Source of the DNA: Lysobacteraceae bacterium
GTDB taxonomy: Bacteria; Pseudomonadota; Gammaproteobacteria; Xanthomonadales; Xanthomonadaceae
Length of the DNA stretch: 35,543 nucleotides
Assembly: GCA_041919595.1 (NCBI GenBank)
Contig: JAYRTK010000001.1
Span: 1-35,543, forward strand
Direction: 5' to 3'
Part shown: in pieces, positions 1 through 10,353 of the stretch
Layout of the letters: each line of letters opens with the position of its first letter
Position numbering within the stretch: the first letter of the stretch is position 1
Made by a program: the position numbers and the translations under genes
Notes under the pieces: generated by a model
Databases searched by the model: none
What the model saw: the letters and a program-made list of their open reading frames with translations, nothing else
What the model was told of the DNA's origin: nothing

Positions 1-80
1 GCCGCGACCCGGCCGACAGGGGGTACAAAACGGCCCTCCGCCACTGCTAGTATCCGCGCCTCGCTGCCGCTCGGACCGCC

Positions 81-3000
81 GTGAACGCTCTGCTGACCCC
101 CGAACTGCCGCCCGCGCCCGCGCCCGCCCCGCTCCGCGCCGCGATCACCGCGGGCTGGGTCCGCGACGAAGCCGAGCACGTCCGCGAGCTCCTGGTCGCC
201 GCCCGCCAGCCCGAGGCCGACCGGGCCGCCATCCAGGCCACCGCCGCGGATCTCGTCCGCCGGGTCCGCGCCCGCGCACAGGACCAGGGCGCCATCGAAG
301 CCTTCATGCGCCAGTACGACCTCGGCAGCGAGGAAGGCGTCCTGCTGATGTGCGTGGCCGAGGCCCTGCTGCGGATCCCGGACCAGGACACCGCCGACAA
401 ACTGATCCGCGACAAGCTCGGCGACGCCGACTGGAAGCGGCATCTGGGCCAGTCCGACTCGGTCCTGGTCAACGCCTCGACCTGGGGCCTGATGCTCACC
501 GGGACGCTGGTGGATCTGGCCGACGACACCAAGCGCGACGTCCACAACGCCTTCAAGCGCCTGATCGGTCGCGTCGGTGAGCCGGTGATCCGGCTCGCGG
601 TCCGCCAGGCGATGCGGATCATGGGCCATCAATTCGTGATGGGCCGCACGATCGAAGAAGCCCTCGCCCGCAGCCGCAAGGGCGACAACGCGAACTACCG
701 CTATTCCTTCGACATGCTCGGCGAAGGCGCCCTGACCACGGCCGATGGCCTGCGCTATCTCGATGCCTACCGGATGGCGATCCACGCGATCGGCCGCAGC
801 GGCGACTTCGCGCAGGCCGATGTCTTCGCCGTGCCCAGCATCTCGGTCAAGCTCTCGGCCCTGCATCCGCGCTACGAGCACGCCAAGCGCGCCCGGGTGC
901 TGGCGGAACTGGGGCCGCGCCTGCTGGAGCTGTCGCAACTCGCGAAGCACTACGGCATCGGCCTGACCATCGACGCCGAGGAGACCGACCGCCTCGAACT
1001 GTCGCTGGACCTGATCTTCCAGGTGCTGGGCGATGCCTCGCTGGATGGCTGGCACGGCTTCGGCATCGTGGTCCAGGCCTACCAGAAGCGCGCGCCGTTC
1101 GTGATCGATTTCATCGCCGACCGCGCCCGCGCGCTGGGCCGCCGGATTCCGGTGCGCCTGGTCAAGGGCGCCTACTGGGACAGCGAGGTGAAGCGCGCCC
1201 AGGTCGATGGCCAGGCCGGCTACCCGGTGTTCACCCGCAAGCCGAACACCGACGTGTCCTACCAGGCCTGCGCGCGGCGTCTGTTGCAGGCGACCGACGC
1301 GGTCTACCCGATGTTCGCCACCCACAACGCCCAGACCATCGCCGCGATCCACCGCATGGCGCAGACCGTGCTGGGCGACGACGCGGCGGCCGGCACGGCG
1401 TCGCGATACGAATTCCAGAAGCTGCACGGCATGGGCGACGACCTGTACGCCGAAGTCGTGCCGGCCGAGCGCCTGAACGTGCCCTGCCGGGTCTACGCAC
1501 CGGTGGGCTCGCACGAGGATCTGTTGCCCTACCTGGTCCGCCGCCTGCTCGAGAACGGCGCGAACTCCAGCTTCGTCAACCGCATCACCGACGAGACCGT
1601 GGCGATCGACGAGCTCATCCGCGACCCGGTGGAAACCGTGTCCGCGTTCGAGCGCATCCCGCATCCACGCATCCCGCTGCCGGTCGATCTGTACCGCAGC
1701 CACCTCGCGCTCGACAGCAGCAACGACCGGGACAATTCCATGGGCCTCAATCTCGCCAACGATTCGCAACTGCAGGCGCTCGCGCAGCAGATCAACGCCG
1801 CCGGCTGCGGCCAGTGGAGCGCCGCGCCGCTGGTGCCGGGCGCGAGTCCCGCCGGCGATCGCATCGCGGTGACCAATCCCGCCGATCGCCGCGAAACCGT
1901 GGGCCACTGGCAGGCCGCCGACAGCGCGACCGTCGAACAGGCCCTGCGGAACGCGGTCGCCGCGCAGCCCGCATGGGACGCCACGCCCGCCGCCAGCCGC
2001 GCCGCGATCCTCGAACATGCCGCGACCCTGCTCGAACAGCGCATGGCGCACTACATCGCGATGTGCACCAGGGAAGCGGGCAAGACCATTCCGGACGGCA
2101 TCGCCGAAGTCCGCGAAGCCGTGGACTTCCTGCGCTATTACGCGGCACAGGCGCGCAAACACTTCGTGGTCGAAGCCCTGCCCGGCCCGACCGGCGAATC
2201 CAACACCCTGCAACTGGCCGGCCGCGGCGTGTTCGTGTGCATCTCGCCCTGGAACTTCCCGCTGGCGATCTTCATGGGCCAGGTGGCCGCGGCGCTGGCC
2301 GCCGGCAACAGCGTGATCGCCAAGCCCGCCGAACAGACCAATCTGATTGGCCATGCCGCGGTGAAACTGCTGCACGAAGCCGGCATCCCCGAGGCCGTAC
2401 TGCAGTTCCTGCCCGGCGATGGCGCCACCGTCGGTGCCGCGCTGACCCGCGACCCGCGCGTCGCCGGCGTGGCCTTCACCGGCTCCAACGACACCGCGCG
2501 CGCGATCAACCGCGCCCTGGCCGGGCGCGAATCCGGCGCCATCGCCGTCCTGATCGCCGAAACCGGCGGCCAGAACGCGCTGATCGCCGACTCCTCGTCG
2601 CTGCCCGAGCAACTGGTGAAGGACGCGCTGTCGTCCGCGTTCACTTCCGCCGGCCAGCGCTGCTCGGCCGCACGCGTGCTGTTCGTGCAGGAAGACATCG
2701 CCGACAAGGTGATCCAGATGATCGCCGGCGCGATGGCCGAACTGAAGGTCGGCGACCCCGGCCTGCTCTCCACCGATGTCGGCCCGGTGATCGACGCCGA
2801 CGCGCTGACGCTGCTGGAAGACCACGCCGCGAAGATGGCGTCGACGGCGAAAGCCATCGCCACCGCGACCACCGACGACAGCGTCGCCCACGGCACCTTC
2901 TTCGCCCCGCGCGCGTGGGAACTGACCTCGCTGTCGCAGCTGACGCGCGAGAATTTCGGCCCCGCCCTGCACGTGATCCGCTGGAAGGCCGATCAGATCG

Positions 3001-3299
3001 ACCAGGTCGTCGACACCATCAACGCCACCGGCTTCGGCCTGACCCTCGGCATCCACTCGCGCATCGACGAGACCATCGACCGCATCGTGCAGCGCGCGAA
3101 GGTCGGCAACATCTACGTGAACCGCAACCAGATCGGCGCGGTCGTCGGCGTGCAACCCTTCGGCGGCCAGAACCTCTCCGGCACCGGCCCCAAGGCCGGC
3201 GGCCCGCACTACCTGCCGCGCTTCGCGACCGAGAAGACCGTCACCGTCAACACCACGGCGGCGGGCGGCAACGCGTCGCTGTTGACGCTCGGCGACTGA
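81..3299 (+). CDS. putA: Bifunctional proline dehydrogenase / L-glutamate gamma-semialdehyde dehydrogenase (PutA, no N-terminal RHH DNA-binding domain)
   Basis: 1072 aa ORF with GTG start. PRODH motifs SFDMLGE, VRLVKGAYWD, FATHN, RRLLENGAN; ALDH motifs ISPWNFPLAIF, FTGS, ETGGQN, SAGQRCSA, QPFGG. Confidence 0.97.
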   Translation: MNALLTPELPPAPAPAPLRAAITAGWVRDEAEHVRELLVAARQPEADRAAIQATAADLVRRVRARAQDQGAIEAFMRQYDLGSEEGVLLMCVAEALLRIPDQDTADKLIRDKLGDADWKRHLGQSDSVLVNASTWGLMLTGTLVDLADDTKRDVHNAFKRLIGRVGEPVIRLAVRQAMRIMGHQFVMGRTIEEALARSRKGDNANYRYSFDMLGEGALTTADGLRYLDAYRMAIHAIGRSGDFAQADVFAVPSISVKLSALHPRYEHAKRARVLAELGPRLLELSQLAKHYGIGLTIDAEETDRLELSLDLIFQVLGDASLDGWHGFGIVVQAYQKRAPFVIDFIADRARALGRRIPVRLVKGAYWDSEVKRAQVDGQAGYPVFTRKPNTDVSYQACARRLLQATDAVYPMFATHNAQTIAAIHRMAQTVLGDDAAAGTASRYEFQKLHGMGDDLYAEVVPAERLNVPCRVYAPVGSHEDLLPYLVRRLLENGANSSFVNRITDETVAIDELIRDPVETVSAFERIPHPRIPLPVDLYRSHLALDSSNDRDNSMGLNLANDSQLQALAQQINAAGCGQWSAAPLVPGASPAGDRIAVTNPADRRETVGHWQAADSATVEQALRNAVAAQPAWDATPAASRAAILEHAATLLEQRMAHYIAMCTREAGKTIPDGIAEVREAVDFLRYYAAQARKHFVVEALPGPTGESNTLQLAGRGVFVCISPWNFPLAIFMGQVAAALAAGNSVIAKPAEQTNLIGHAAVKLLHEAGIPEAVLQFLPGDGATVGAALTRDPRVAGVAFTGSNDTARAINRALAGRESGAIAVLIAETGGQNALIADSSSLPEQLVKDALSSAFTSAGQRCSAARVLFVQEDIADKVIQMIAGAMAELKVGDPGLLSTDVGPVIDADALTLLEDHAAKMASTAKAIATATTDDSVAHGTFFAPRAWELTSLSQLTRENFGPALHVIRWKADQIDQVVDTINATGFGLTLGIHSRIDETIDRIVQRAKVGNIYVNRNQIGAVVGVQPFGGQNLSGTGPKAGGPHYLPRFATEKTVTVNTTAAGGNASLLTLGD

Positions 3300-3325
3300 C
3301 GCCCGTCCCGCTCATCGAGGCGTCG

Positions 3326-3360
3326 ACGATACGGGCCGCATGTGCGGCCCGTATCGTTTC
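3326..3360 (+). terminator. Probable intrinsic terminator after putA
   Basis: Perfect 15-bp inverted repeat acgatacgggccgca (3326-3340) / tgcggcccgtatcgt (3343-3357), 27 nt after the stop. Short T tail. Confidence 0.7.
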
Positions 3361-3498
3361 CGTCATGCCGAGCGGCATTCGCTTGGCGGATCGACCGGGC
3401 GCGTCATCGCCTGACATATCCCACGCCCCAACGCCAGTCTGGTCCCCGGCGTGCACGACGGTGACAATCGCCCCTCGTCGTTCAACCGCGAAGTCCCG

Positions 3499-5889
3499 AT
3501 GTCCAGCACCGCCGCAACACCCGAAAGTCTCCAGCCCCCCACCCGCACCGCCGCCGCGATCGCGGCCGTCATCGCCCAGACCATCGCCACCGAGATCGCC
3601 GCGCAGCCGGCGCAGGTGCGCGCGGCGGTCGAGCTGCTGGACGGGGGCGCGACCGTGCCGTTCATCGCGCGCTATCGCAAGGAAGTCACCGGCGGGCTCG
3701 ACGATACGCAACTGCGCGATCTGGAAACGCGGCTGACGTATCTGCGCGAGATGGAGGAACGTCGCGACGCGATCCTCGCGTCCATCGCCGAGCAGGGCAA
3801 GCTGACGAAACCGCTGCTGGACGATCTGCTCGCGGCCGACAGCAAGTCGCGGCTGGAAGATCTGTATCTGCCCTACAAGCCGAAGCGCCGCACCAAGGCG
3901 CAGATCGCGCGCGAGGCCGGGCTGGAACCGCTGGCCGACGCGATCCTGGCCGATCCGTCCATCGACCCGGGTGAACGCGCACAGGGCTTCATCGATGCCG
4001 ACAAGGGCGTCGCCGATACCGCCGCCGCGCTCGACGGCGCGCGCGCGATCCTGATCGAACGTTTCGGCGAGGACGCGGCGCTGGTCGGCGAACTGCGCAT
4101 CTGGCTGCAGCAGAAGGGCGTGCTGCGGGCGAAGGTGCTGCCCGGCAAGGAAGCGGCGGGCGAAAAATTCCGCGACTACTTCGATCATGCCGAAGCGCTG
4201 GCGACGATTCCCTCGCACCGCATGCTCGCGCTGCTGCGCGGCCGGCGCGAGGAGATGCTGTCGCTGGACCTCGAACCCACGACCGACATCGAACAGGGCC
4301 ACGCCTACGCCGAAGGCCGCGTCGCACTGGCCGCGGGCATCGCCGCGCGCGGGCGCCCCGCCGATCGCTGGCTGACCGACACCTGCCGCCTCGCCTGGCG
4401 TGCGCGCCTGCTGACCACGCTCTCGCTGGAACTCGTCGCCGCCGCGCGCGAGAAGGCCGAGGCCGAGGCGATCGCGGTGTTCGGCGACAATCTCAAGGAT
4501 CTTCTGCTCGCCGCACCGGCGGGTCCGCGCGTGGTCATGGGCCTCGATCCCGGTCTGCGTACCGGCGTGAAGGTCGCGGTGGTCGACCGCACCGGCAAAC
4601 TCGTCGCCACCGACACGATCTATCCGCACGAACCCAAGCGCCAGTGGGACGGTTCGATCGCGGCCCTGAAACGTCTCTGCGCCGAGCACGCGGTCGAGCT
4701 GATCGCGATCGGCAACGGCACCGCCTCGCGCGAGACCGACAAGCTCGCCGGCGAACTGATGGCGAAGCATCCGGAGCTGAAGCTGACCAAGGTCGTGGTC
4801 AGCGAAGCCGGCGCGTCGGTGTATTCCGCATCGGAACTGGCCGCACGCGAATTCCCGAATCTCGATGTCAGTCTGCGCGGTGCGGTGTCGATCGCGCGGC
4901 GCCTGCAGGATCCGCTGGCGGAACTGGTGAAGATCGAGCCCAAGGCGATCGGCGTCGGCCAGTACCAGCACGACGTGAATCCCTACGCGCTGGCGCGCTC
5001 GCTCGACGCGAAGGTGGAAGACTGCGTGAACGCGGTCGGCGTGTTCGTGAACACCGCCTCGGCGCCGCTGCTGGCACGAGTGTCGGGCCTGTCGTCGTCG
5101 GTCGCGGAGAACATCGTCGCGTTCCGCGATCAGCACGGCGCGTTCAAGTCGCGTCGTGAACTGCTGAAGGTGCCGCGACTCGGCGAGAAGACCTTCGAGC
5201 AGTGCGCGGGCTTCCTGCGCATCGCCGATGGCGACCAGCCGCTGGACGCCTCATCGGTGCATCCCGAGGCCTACCCGGTGGTCGAACGCATCGTGCAGGC
5301 CTGCGGCCGCCCGATCGCGCAGCTGATCGGCGATACGGCGACGCTGCGCGGCCTGAAACCCGAACGATTCACCGACGACCGCTTCGGCCTGCCGACCGTG
5401 CGCGACATCGTCAAAGAACTGGAAAAACCCGGCCGCGACCCGCGCCCGGAATTCAAGGCCGCGCGCTTCGCCGAGGGCATCGAGCGCATCGCCGATCTGC
5501 AGCCCGGCATGGTGCTGGAAGGCGTGGTGACCAACGTCGCCGCATTCGGCGCCTTCGTCGACATCGGCGTGCATCAGGACGGTCTGATCCACATCTCCGC
5601 GCTGGCCGACAGATTCGTCAAGGATCCGCGCGACGTGGTGAAGGTCGGCGATGTCGTGAAGGTGAAGGTGATGGAAGTGGACGTGCCGCGCAAGCGCATC
5701 GCCCTCACCCGCCGTCTGGACGATACGCCGGGCGAATCGCGCGGCGGCAAGCGCGAGGACGATCGCAATGCCGGCCCCCGCCAGGGCCCGCGCGAGTCGC
5801 GCGGCGCATCGCAGAAGCCGCGCCCCGGAAACAGTGCGCCGCCCGCCAACACCGCGATGGCCGACGCGCTGCGGGCCCTCAAGCGTTGA
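3499..5889 (+). CDS. tex: Tex family RNA-binding transcriptional accessory protein (YqgF/RNase H-like, HhH and S1 domains)
   Basis: Motifs [63 protein letters not shown], and C-terminal S1 [21 protein letters not shown] 3499 preferred over GTG 3451. Confidence 0.95.
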   Translation: MSSTAATPESLQPPTRTAAAIAAVIAQTIATEIAAQPAQVRAAVELLDGGATVPFIARYRKEVTGGLDDTQLRDLETRLTYLREMEERRDAILASIAEQGKLTKPLLDDLLAADSKSRLEDLYLPYKPKRRTKAQIAREAGLEPLADAILADPSIDPGERAQGFIDADKGVADTAAALDGARAILIERFGEDAALVGELRIWLQQKGVLRAKVLPGKEAAGEKFRDYFDHAEALATIPSHRMLALLRGRREEMLSLDLEPTTDIEQGHAYAEGRVALAAGIAARGRPADRWLTDTCRLAWRARLLTTLSLELVAAAREKAEAEAIAVFGDNLKDLLLAAPAGPRVVMGLDPGLRTGVKVAVVDRTGKLVATDTIYPHEPKRQWDGSIAALKRLCAEHAVELIAIGNGTASRETDKLAGELMAKHPELKLTKVVVSEAGASVYSASELAAREFPNLDVSLRGAVSIARRLQDPLAELVKIEPKAIGVGQYQHDVNPYALARSLDAKVEDCVNAVGVFVNTASAPLLARVSGLSSSVAENIVAFRDQHGAFKSRRELLKVPRLGEKTFEQCAGFLRIADGDQPLDASSVHPEAYPVVERIVQACGRPIAQLIGDTATLRGLKPERFTDDRFGLPTVRDIVKELEKPGRDPRPEFKAARFAEGIERIADLQPGMVLEGVVTNVAAFGAFVDIGVHQDGLIHISALADRFVKDPRDVVKVGDVVKVKVMEVDVPRKRIALTRRLDDTPGESRGGKREDDRNAGPRQGPRESRGASQKPRPGNSAPPANTAMADALRALKR

Positions 5890-5959
5890 CGCCACCCGCG
5901 CCGCGCCGCACGGCTTCCGCAGGGCGACGTTCCGCCTGCGGGCACGGCCGTGCCGGCGC

Positions 5960-6874
5960 CTACGCGAACACGCCCTCGCGCAGCCATTTGGTCGCGACCC
6001 ATTTCTCGCCCGCGGTCACCGGCGCGCCACCGTGCAGGGTCCGGGTGGAAGGATCCGGGCGGTCATAACTGAAGAACAGGGCGCAACCGCGCTTCGGTGC
6101 GAAGCGCAGGCCGAGGTCGGGAAAGGTGGTTTCGCCGCCGCGCTCGGGCTCGCGCAGATAGATCAGGAAGGTCGCGAGCCGTTGCCCGCCGCGGGCCAAC
6201 AGCGGTGCGGTGCCCGGCTGCGCGGGATCGAAATAGTCGTAATGCGGCTCGTAACGGTCGCCGGGGCGGTACTGCAACACCTGCAGATGTTCGCCGTGCG
6301 TCACCGGCCAGGCGAGCAGACGCGCGATCCGCGCCTCGATCGTGCGTATCAGCAGGCTTTCGTCGCGCAGGAAGAACATGCCGCGACTGGTGCGTACGGC
6401 ATCCACCCGATGTTCGCCTGTCTGCAGATCGGCGGTCATCGAACGCTGCATGCGCGGCCGCGCCGTTTCGACCAGTCGGTCGCATTCGTTCCGGCTGAGG
6501 AAATCGCCGAACAGCACGATCTGCGGATCGGGCAGCGACATCAGCACCGGCACCTTGCGGTCGCCGGCATCGAGATACATCGGCGCACCGTCGAGCACGG
6601 GCGCCGGACGGCGCACGCCGGCGGCGCCCGCATCCCTCGGGGACGCCGCGAACTCTCGCGCCGGATCGGCGGACGGCAGGCGTTCGATCGACGTCTGCGC
6701 CACGCCCCCCCGTCCCGCCGAACGCTCGCCCATCGCCTGCGCGATCAGGCCCATGGCGATATCGCGCCCCCAGCCGCGTTCGCTCATCGACTGCAGCAAC
6801 GCGGCCGACGATTGCCCGGCGCGGATCTGGTCGACGAGCCATCGTCGGATGCGGCTGTCATCGGGCTCGGCCAT
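5960..6874 (-). CDS. 2OG-Fe(II) oxygenase, prolyl 4-hydroxylase-like
   Basis: C-terminal 304 aa of ORF 5960..7741, from ATG 6874 (MAEPDDS). Motifs RTSRGMF, GEHLQVLQY, YEPHYDYFD (HxD), GGETTFP, TLHGGAPV, EKWVATKW. Confidence 0.9.
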   Translation of the reverse strand: MAEPDDSRIRRWLVDQIRAGQSSAALLQSMSERGWGRDIAMGLIAQAMGERSAGRGGVAQTSIERLPSADPAREFAASPRDAGAAGVRRPAPVLDGAPMYLDAGDRKVPVLMSLPDPQIVLFGDFLSRNECDRLVETARPRMQRSMTADLQTGEHRVDAVRTSRGMFFLRDESLLIRTIEARIARLLAWPVTHGEHLQVLQYRPGDRYEPHYDYFDPAQPGTAPLLARGGQRLATFLIYLREPERGGETTFPDLGLRFAPKRGCALFFSYDRPDPSTRTLHGGAPVTAGEKWVATKWLREGVFA

Positions 6875-6973
6875 GCGTGTTTTTCCTCGTGCTCGCTCTG
6901 TCGTGCAATCGCGTCCGTGTCGCCGGATCCGCGGTCCCGGACGGATCCGCAAGGGAAAGGCCCGGTGTTGGCC

Positions 6974-6979
6974 TAGAAT
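6974..6979 (+). promoter_or_regulatory. sigma70-type -10 element (TAGAAT) 6 nt before the dusA ATG; probable leaderless promoter
   Basis: tagaat-gcccgg-ATG with no Shine-Dalgarno sequence. Confidence 0.55.
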
Positions 6980-6985
6980 GCCCGG

Positions 6986-8005
6986 ATGTCCGCCCGCTCC
7001 GCCAGCATCCCCGCCGAACGACTGCGCCTGTCCGTCGCCCCGATGATGGACTGGACCGATACCCACTGCCGCAACTTCCACCGCGTGCTGGCGCCGAATG
7101 CGCGGCTCTACACCGAGATGGTGCACGCCAACGCGGTGATCCATGGCAGCCGCACCGAGGAAGGCCGCGCGAAACTGCTGGCGAAGGACGAGACCCAGCA
7201 CCCGGTCGCACTGCAGCTCGGCGGCAGCGAGCCGTCGCTGCTGGCGCAGGCCGCGCGCATCGGCGCGGAGCATGGTTTCGACGAGATCAATCTCAACTGC
7301 GGCTGCCCCTCCGACCGCGTGCAGGCGGGACGTTTCGGCGCCTGCCTGATGCGCGAACCGGCGCTGGTCGCCGACGGCGTGGCGGCGATGATCGCGGCGG
7401 CGCCGTCGACGCCGGTCACGGTCAAATGCCGGCTCGGCGTCGACGACGACCACGAATGGGAACGCTTCCTCGATTTCATCGACGCGATCGCCGCCGCCGG
7501 CTGCGGGATGTTCGTCGTCCACGCCCGCAACGCCTGGCTGCAGGGACTGTCGCCGAAGGAGAACCGCGAGGTCCCGCCGCTGCGCTACGACTGGGCCTAC
7601 CGGCTCAAGCACGAACGCCCGGCGCTGCAGGTGATCGTCAACGGCGGCATCGCCGACTTCGCCGACGCCGGTGCGCACCTGACGCACGTCGACGGCGCGA
7701 TGCTCGGGCGCGCCGCGTATCACGATCCCTACCTGCTGCATCGTCTCGACGCCGCATGGTTCGGCTCACCGATGCGCAGCCGTGGCGCGCTGCTGCGGGC
7801 ATGGCGGCCTTATGTCGAGACGCAACTGGCGCGGGGCACGGCGCTCAAGCACATGACCCGCCATATCCTCGGCCTGTTCCACGGCGAGCGCGGCGGCCGT
7901 GCGTTCCGGCAGATCCTCAGCGAGGGCGCACACCGCCCCGGCGCCGACTGGGAACTGATCGAACACGCGCTGGCCGCCACCGGCGACGACGCGCTCGCCG
8001 CCTGA
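6986..8005 (+). CDS. dusA: tRNA dihydrouridine(20/20a) synthase DusA
   Basis: SVAPMMDWTD, LYTEMV, ALQLGG, INLNCGCPSDRVQAGRFGACLM, HARNAWLQGLSPKENREVPPL. Confidence 0.95.
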   Translation: MSARSASIPAERLRLSVAPMMDWTDTHCRNFHRVLAPNARLYTEMVHANAVIHGSRTEEGRAKLLAKDETQHPVALQLGGSEPSLLAQAARIGAEHGFDEINLNCGCPSDRVQAGRFGACLMREPALVADGVAAMIAAAPSTPVTVKCRLGVDDDHEWERFLDFIDAIAAAGCGMFVVHARNAWLQGLSPKENREVPPLRYDWAYRLKHERPALQVIVNGGIADFADAGAHLTHVDGAMLGRAAYHDPYLLHRLDAAWFGSPMRSRGALLRAWRPYVETQLARGTALKHMTRHILGLFHGERGGRAFRQILSEGAHRPGADWELIEHALAATGDDALAA

Positions 8006-8030
8006 CCTTACTTCTCCCCCGCCCCTGCGC

Positions 8031-8942
8031 ATGATCACCCGCGACACCGACGCCTTTCTCGCCATCGCCCGGGGTTGCGCCCCGGATTTCGGCCCGGCCA
8101 CCGCCAATGCCGCCTTTCTTGTCGCCCCGGACGGCTTCGGCCTCGCGGTCGAATCGGCCAGCGACAATCGCTACATGTCCGACATCGGGGCCTTCGACCC
8201 CGCCCGCGCCTCGCAGCAGCATCGCGAACTCCAGCGCGCGCTGTCCGGCGAGCTGCCGACCATCTGCTTCGCCGGCGATCCGCTGACGCCCGACGCGGTG
8301 TTCCCCAACAACGTCTTCGCGACCGCGCCGGGACGGCTGGTGATCGGTCGGATGCGTCATCCGGTGCGCCAGCGCGAAGCCACCCGCGCCGACATCCGCC
8401 AGTTCTTCTGCGGCGCGCTGGGTTACGCCGAAACGGACCTGTCGGCACAGCCGCACGCCTGCGAGCTCACCGGCTCGCTGGTGATCGACCGCGCCCGCGG
8501 TCTCGGCTACTGCGGCCTCTCCGAACGCTGCGACGAGGTCGGCGCGACCCTGATGCACGAGGCTTTCGGCCTGCGCGCGACCCTGATGTTCGATCTCGCG
8601 CCGGGCGAGTACCACACCAACGTGGTGCTGGCCGTCCTCGCCGGGCGCGCGGCCCTGCTCTGTCCGGACGGGTTCGCCGACCCGGCCGTGGTCGAAGCCA
8701 TCACCCAGGTCTATGCGCCGCACGCGATCCGGCTCTCGCCCGCGGAACGGGCCGGTTACGCCGGCAATGCCATCGCGCTGTCGCCGGACTCCGTATGGAT
8801 GAGCGAAACCGCCGATCGCGGGCTGGGCCCGGCGGCGCGCAGCGCCCTGGACGCGGCCGGTTTCACGGTGCGCAGTCTCCCGCTGGACGCGATCGAAGCC
8901 GCCGGCGGCTCGCTGCGCTGCTGCGTCGGGGAGATCTTCTGA
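8031..8942 (+). CDS. Amidinotransferase/pentein superfamily protein (arginine deiminase-related, citrulline hydrolase CtlX-like)
   Basis: PDAVFPNN, ELTGSLVIDR, YHTNVVL and the C-terminal IEAAGGSLRCC catalytic-Cys motif. Confidence 0.8.
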   Translation: MITRDTDAFLAIARGCAPDFGPATANAAFLVAPDGFGLAVESASDNRYMSDIGAFDPARASQQHRELQRALSGELPTICFAGDPLTPDAVFPNNVFATAPGRLVIGRMRHPVRQREATRADIRQFFCGALGYAETDLSAQPHACELTGSLVIDRARGLGYCGLSERCDEVGATLMHEAFGLRATLMFDLAPGEYHTNVVLAVLAGRAALLCPDGFADPAVVEAITQVYAPHAIRLSPAERAGYAGNAIALSPDSVWMSETADRGLGPAARSALDAAGFTVRSLPLDAIEAAGGSLRCCVGEIF

Positions 8943-8980
8943 GCGGCCCGGGCTGAATGCCACCCGGGCCTCGGGCGACC

Positions 8981-9008
8981 CGTAAGAAAAAGTTAAGGAC
9001 GGATTCAC
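8981..9008 (+). promoter_or_regulatory. Candidate PhoP-box-like direct repeat upstream of the PepSY-phoP-phoQ operon
   Basis: CGTAAG-N5-GTTAAG-N5-ATTCAC: three hexamers at 11-bp period in an AT-rich patch. Confidence 0.4.
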
Positions 9009-9088
9009 CGCCTCCTTTCGAGAATGCCCGTCCAAGGCGCGATGCTATGTTCCACCCGCGTCGCCCATCCTGCCTCAGAGTCCCGCCG

Positions 9089-9445
9089 ATGCCGCTCCGT
9101 CGCCTGCCGCTCGCCCTCCTGACCGCCTCCCTCATCGGCGCCGCGCTGCCGGCCGCCGCCCAGCAGGGCCGCGGTGGTCGTCAGGACGACGGGCCGCCCC
9201 AGGAGCCCCAGCGCAACCGCCAGGACGACACGGTCTCCGACGCCGTGCGCAGGATCGAACGCGCCAACCGCGGCCAGGTGCTCAGCGCCGAACGCATGCA
9301 GTACGACGGCCGCGATGTCACCCGCATCAAGGTGGTCGACGACGAAGGCCGTGTCCGCATCTACATGGACGATCCGCAGCCGGCCAACGAGCCGCGCCGC
9401 CCGCCCGCCCGCGACGGCAATCTGCCCCGGCGCCGCGAAGACTGA
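9089..9445 (+). CDS. Small secreted protein, PepSY-like, upstream of phoP
   Basis: Signal peptide MPLRRLPLALLTASLIGAALPAAA, then SDAVRRIERANRGQVLSAE...RIKVVDDEGRVR. Start uncertain (ATG 9089 or 9047). Confidence 0.7.
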   Translation: MPLRRLPLALLTASLIGAALPAAAQQGRGGRQDDGPPQEPQRNRQDDTVSDAVRRIERANRGQVLSAERMQYDGRDVTRIKVVDDEGRVRIYMDDPQPANEPRRPPARDGNLPRRRED

Positions 9446-9588
9446 GTCTTCCCGCGCCGCGCGCCGCGCACCGCCGCCCCCTCTTAAGCGAAATCTGAAC
9501 AGGCCTTGCCTTGGACGCTCGGTCCCGGGCCCGCACGGCTATGCTCCGATCCTGAACGAAACGCCGGCCTGCCGGCATGGAGCGATCG

Positions 9589-10275
9589 ATGCGCATTCTC
9601 CTCGTCGAAGACGAAGCCCCCCTCCGCGAGACGCTGGCCGCGCGGCTCAAGCGCGAAGGATTCGCGGTGGATACCGCCCAGGACGGCGAGGAAGGCCTGT
9701 ACATGGGGCGGGAAGTGCCGTTCGACCTCGCGATCATCGATCTCGGCCTGCCGAAAATGTCGGGCATGGAACTGATCCAGGCGCTGCGCGCGGAAGGCAA
9801 ACAGTTTCCGGTGCTGATCCTGACCGCGCGGTCGAGCTGGCAGGACAAGGTCGAAGGCCTGAAACAGGGCGCCGACGATTATCTGGTCAAGCCCTTCCAT
9901 GTCGAGGAACTGCTGGCGCGGATCAACGCACTGGTCCGTCGCGCCGCCGGCTGGAGCAAGCCCTCGCTCGAATGCGGGCCGGTCACCCTGGACCTGGCCG
10001 CGCAGACGGTCAGCGTCAACGGCACCAACGTCGACCTGACCAGCTACGAGTACAAGGTGCTGGAATACCTGATGATGCACGCCGGCGAACTGGTCTCGAA
10101 GGCCGATCTGACCGAGCACATCTACCAGCAGGACTTCGACCGCGATTCCAACGTGCTCGAAGTGTTCATCGGCCGCCTGCGCAAGAAACTCGACCCCGAA
10201 GGTGCGCTCAAGCCGATCGAAACGGTCCGCGGACGCGGCTACCGCTTCGCCATCGCCCGCACCGGAGAGGCTTGA
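9589..10275 (+). CDS. phoP: OmpR-family response regulator PhoP
   Basis: MRILLVEDE, IIDLGLP, LILTARSSWQDKVEGL (the PhoP-type WQDKV), GADDYLVKPFHVEEL, IETVRGRGYRF. Confidence 0.88.
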   Translation: MRILLVEDEAPLRETLAARLKREGFAVDTAQDGEEGLYMGREVPFDLAIIDLGLPKMSGMELIQALRAEGKQFPVLILTARSSWQDKVEGLKQGADDYLVKPFHVEELLARINALVRRAAGWSKPSLECGPVTLDLAAQTVSVNGTNVDLTSYEYKVLEYLMMHAGELVSKADLTEHIYQQDFDRDSNVLEVFIGRLRKKLDPEGALKPIETVRGRGYRFAIARTGEA

Positions 10276-10353
10276 ACGCCCGCGCATGCCCCGCCCCCGA
10301 CGCCGCGCCGATGAGGTGCGGCGTCGTCGCGTCCGCCATCCGGAATCGCCGCC

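Noticed and set aside
5890-5959. GC-rich imperfect hairpins between tex and the oxygenase (similar ones at 25060-25100 and 26355-26385) as a REP family
   Set aside because: No shared sequence between them; most simply explained as ordinary terminator-like stems.
6875-7741. N-terminal extension of the 593-aa ORF 5960..7741
   Set aside because: Antisense to dusA; the oxygenase plausibly starts at ATG 6874.
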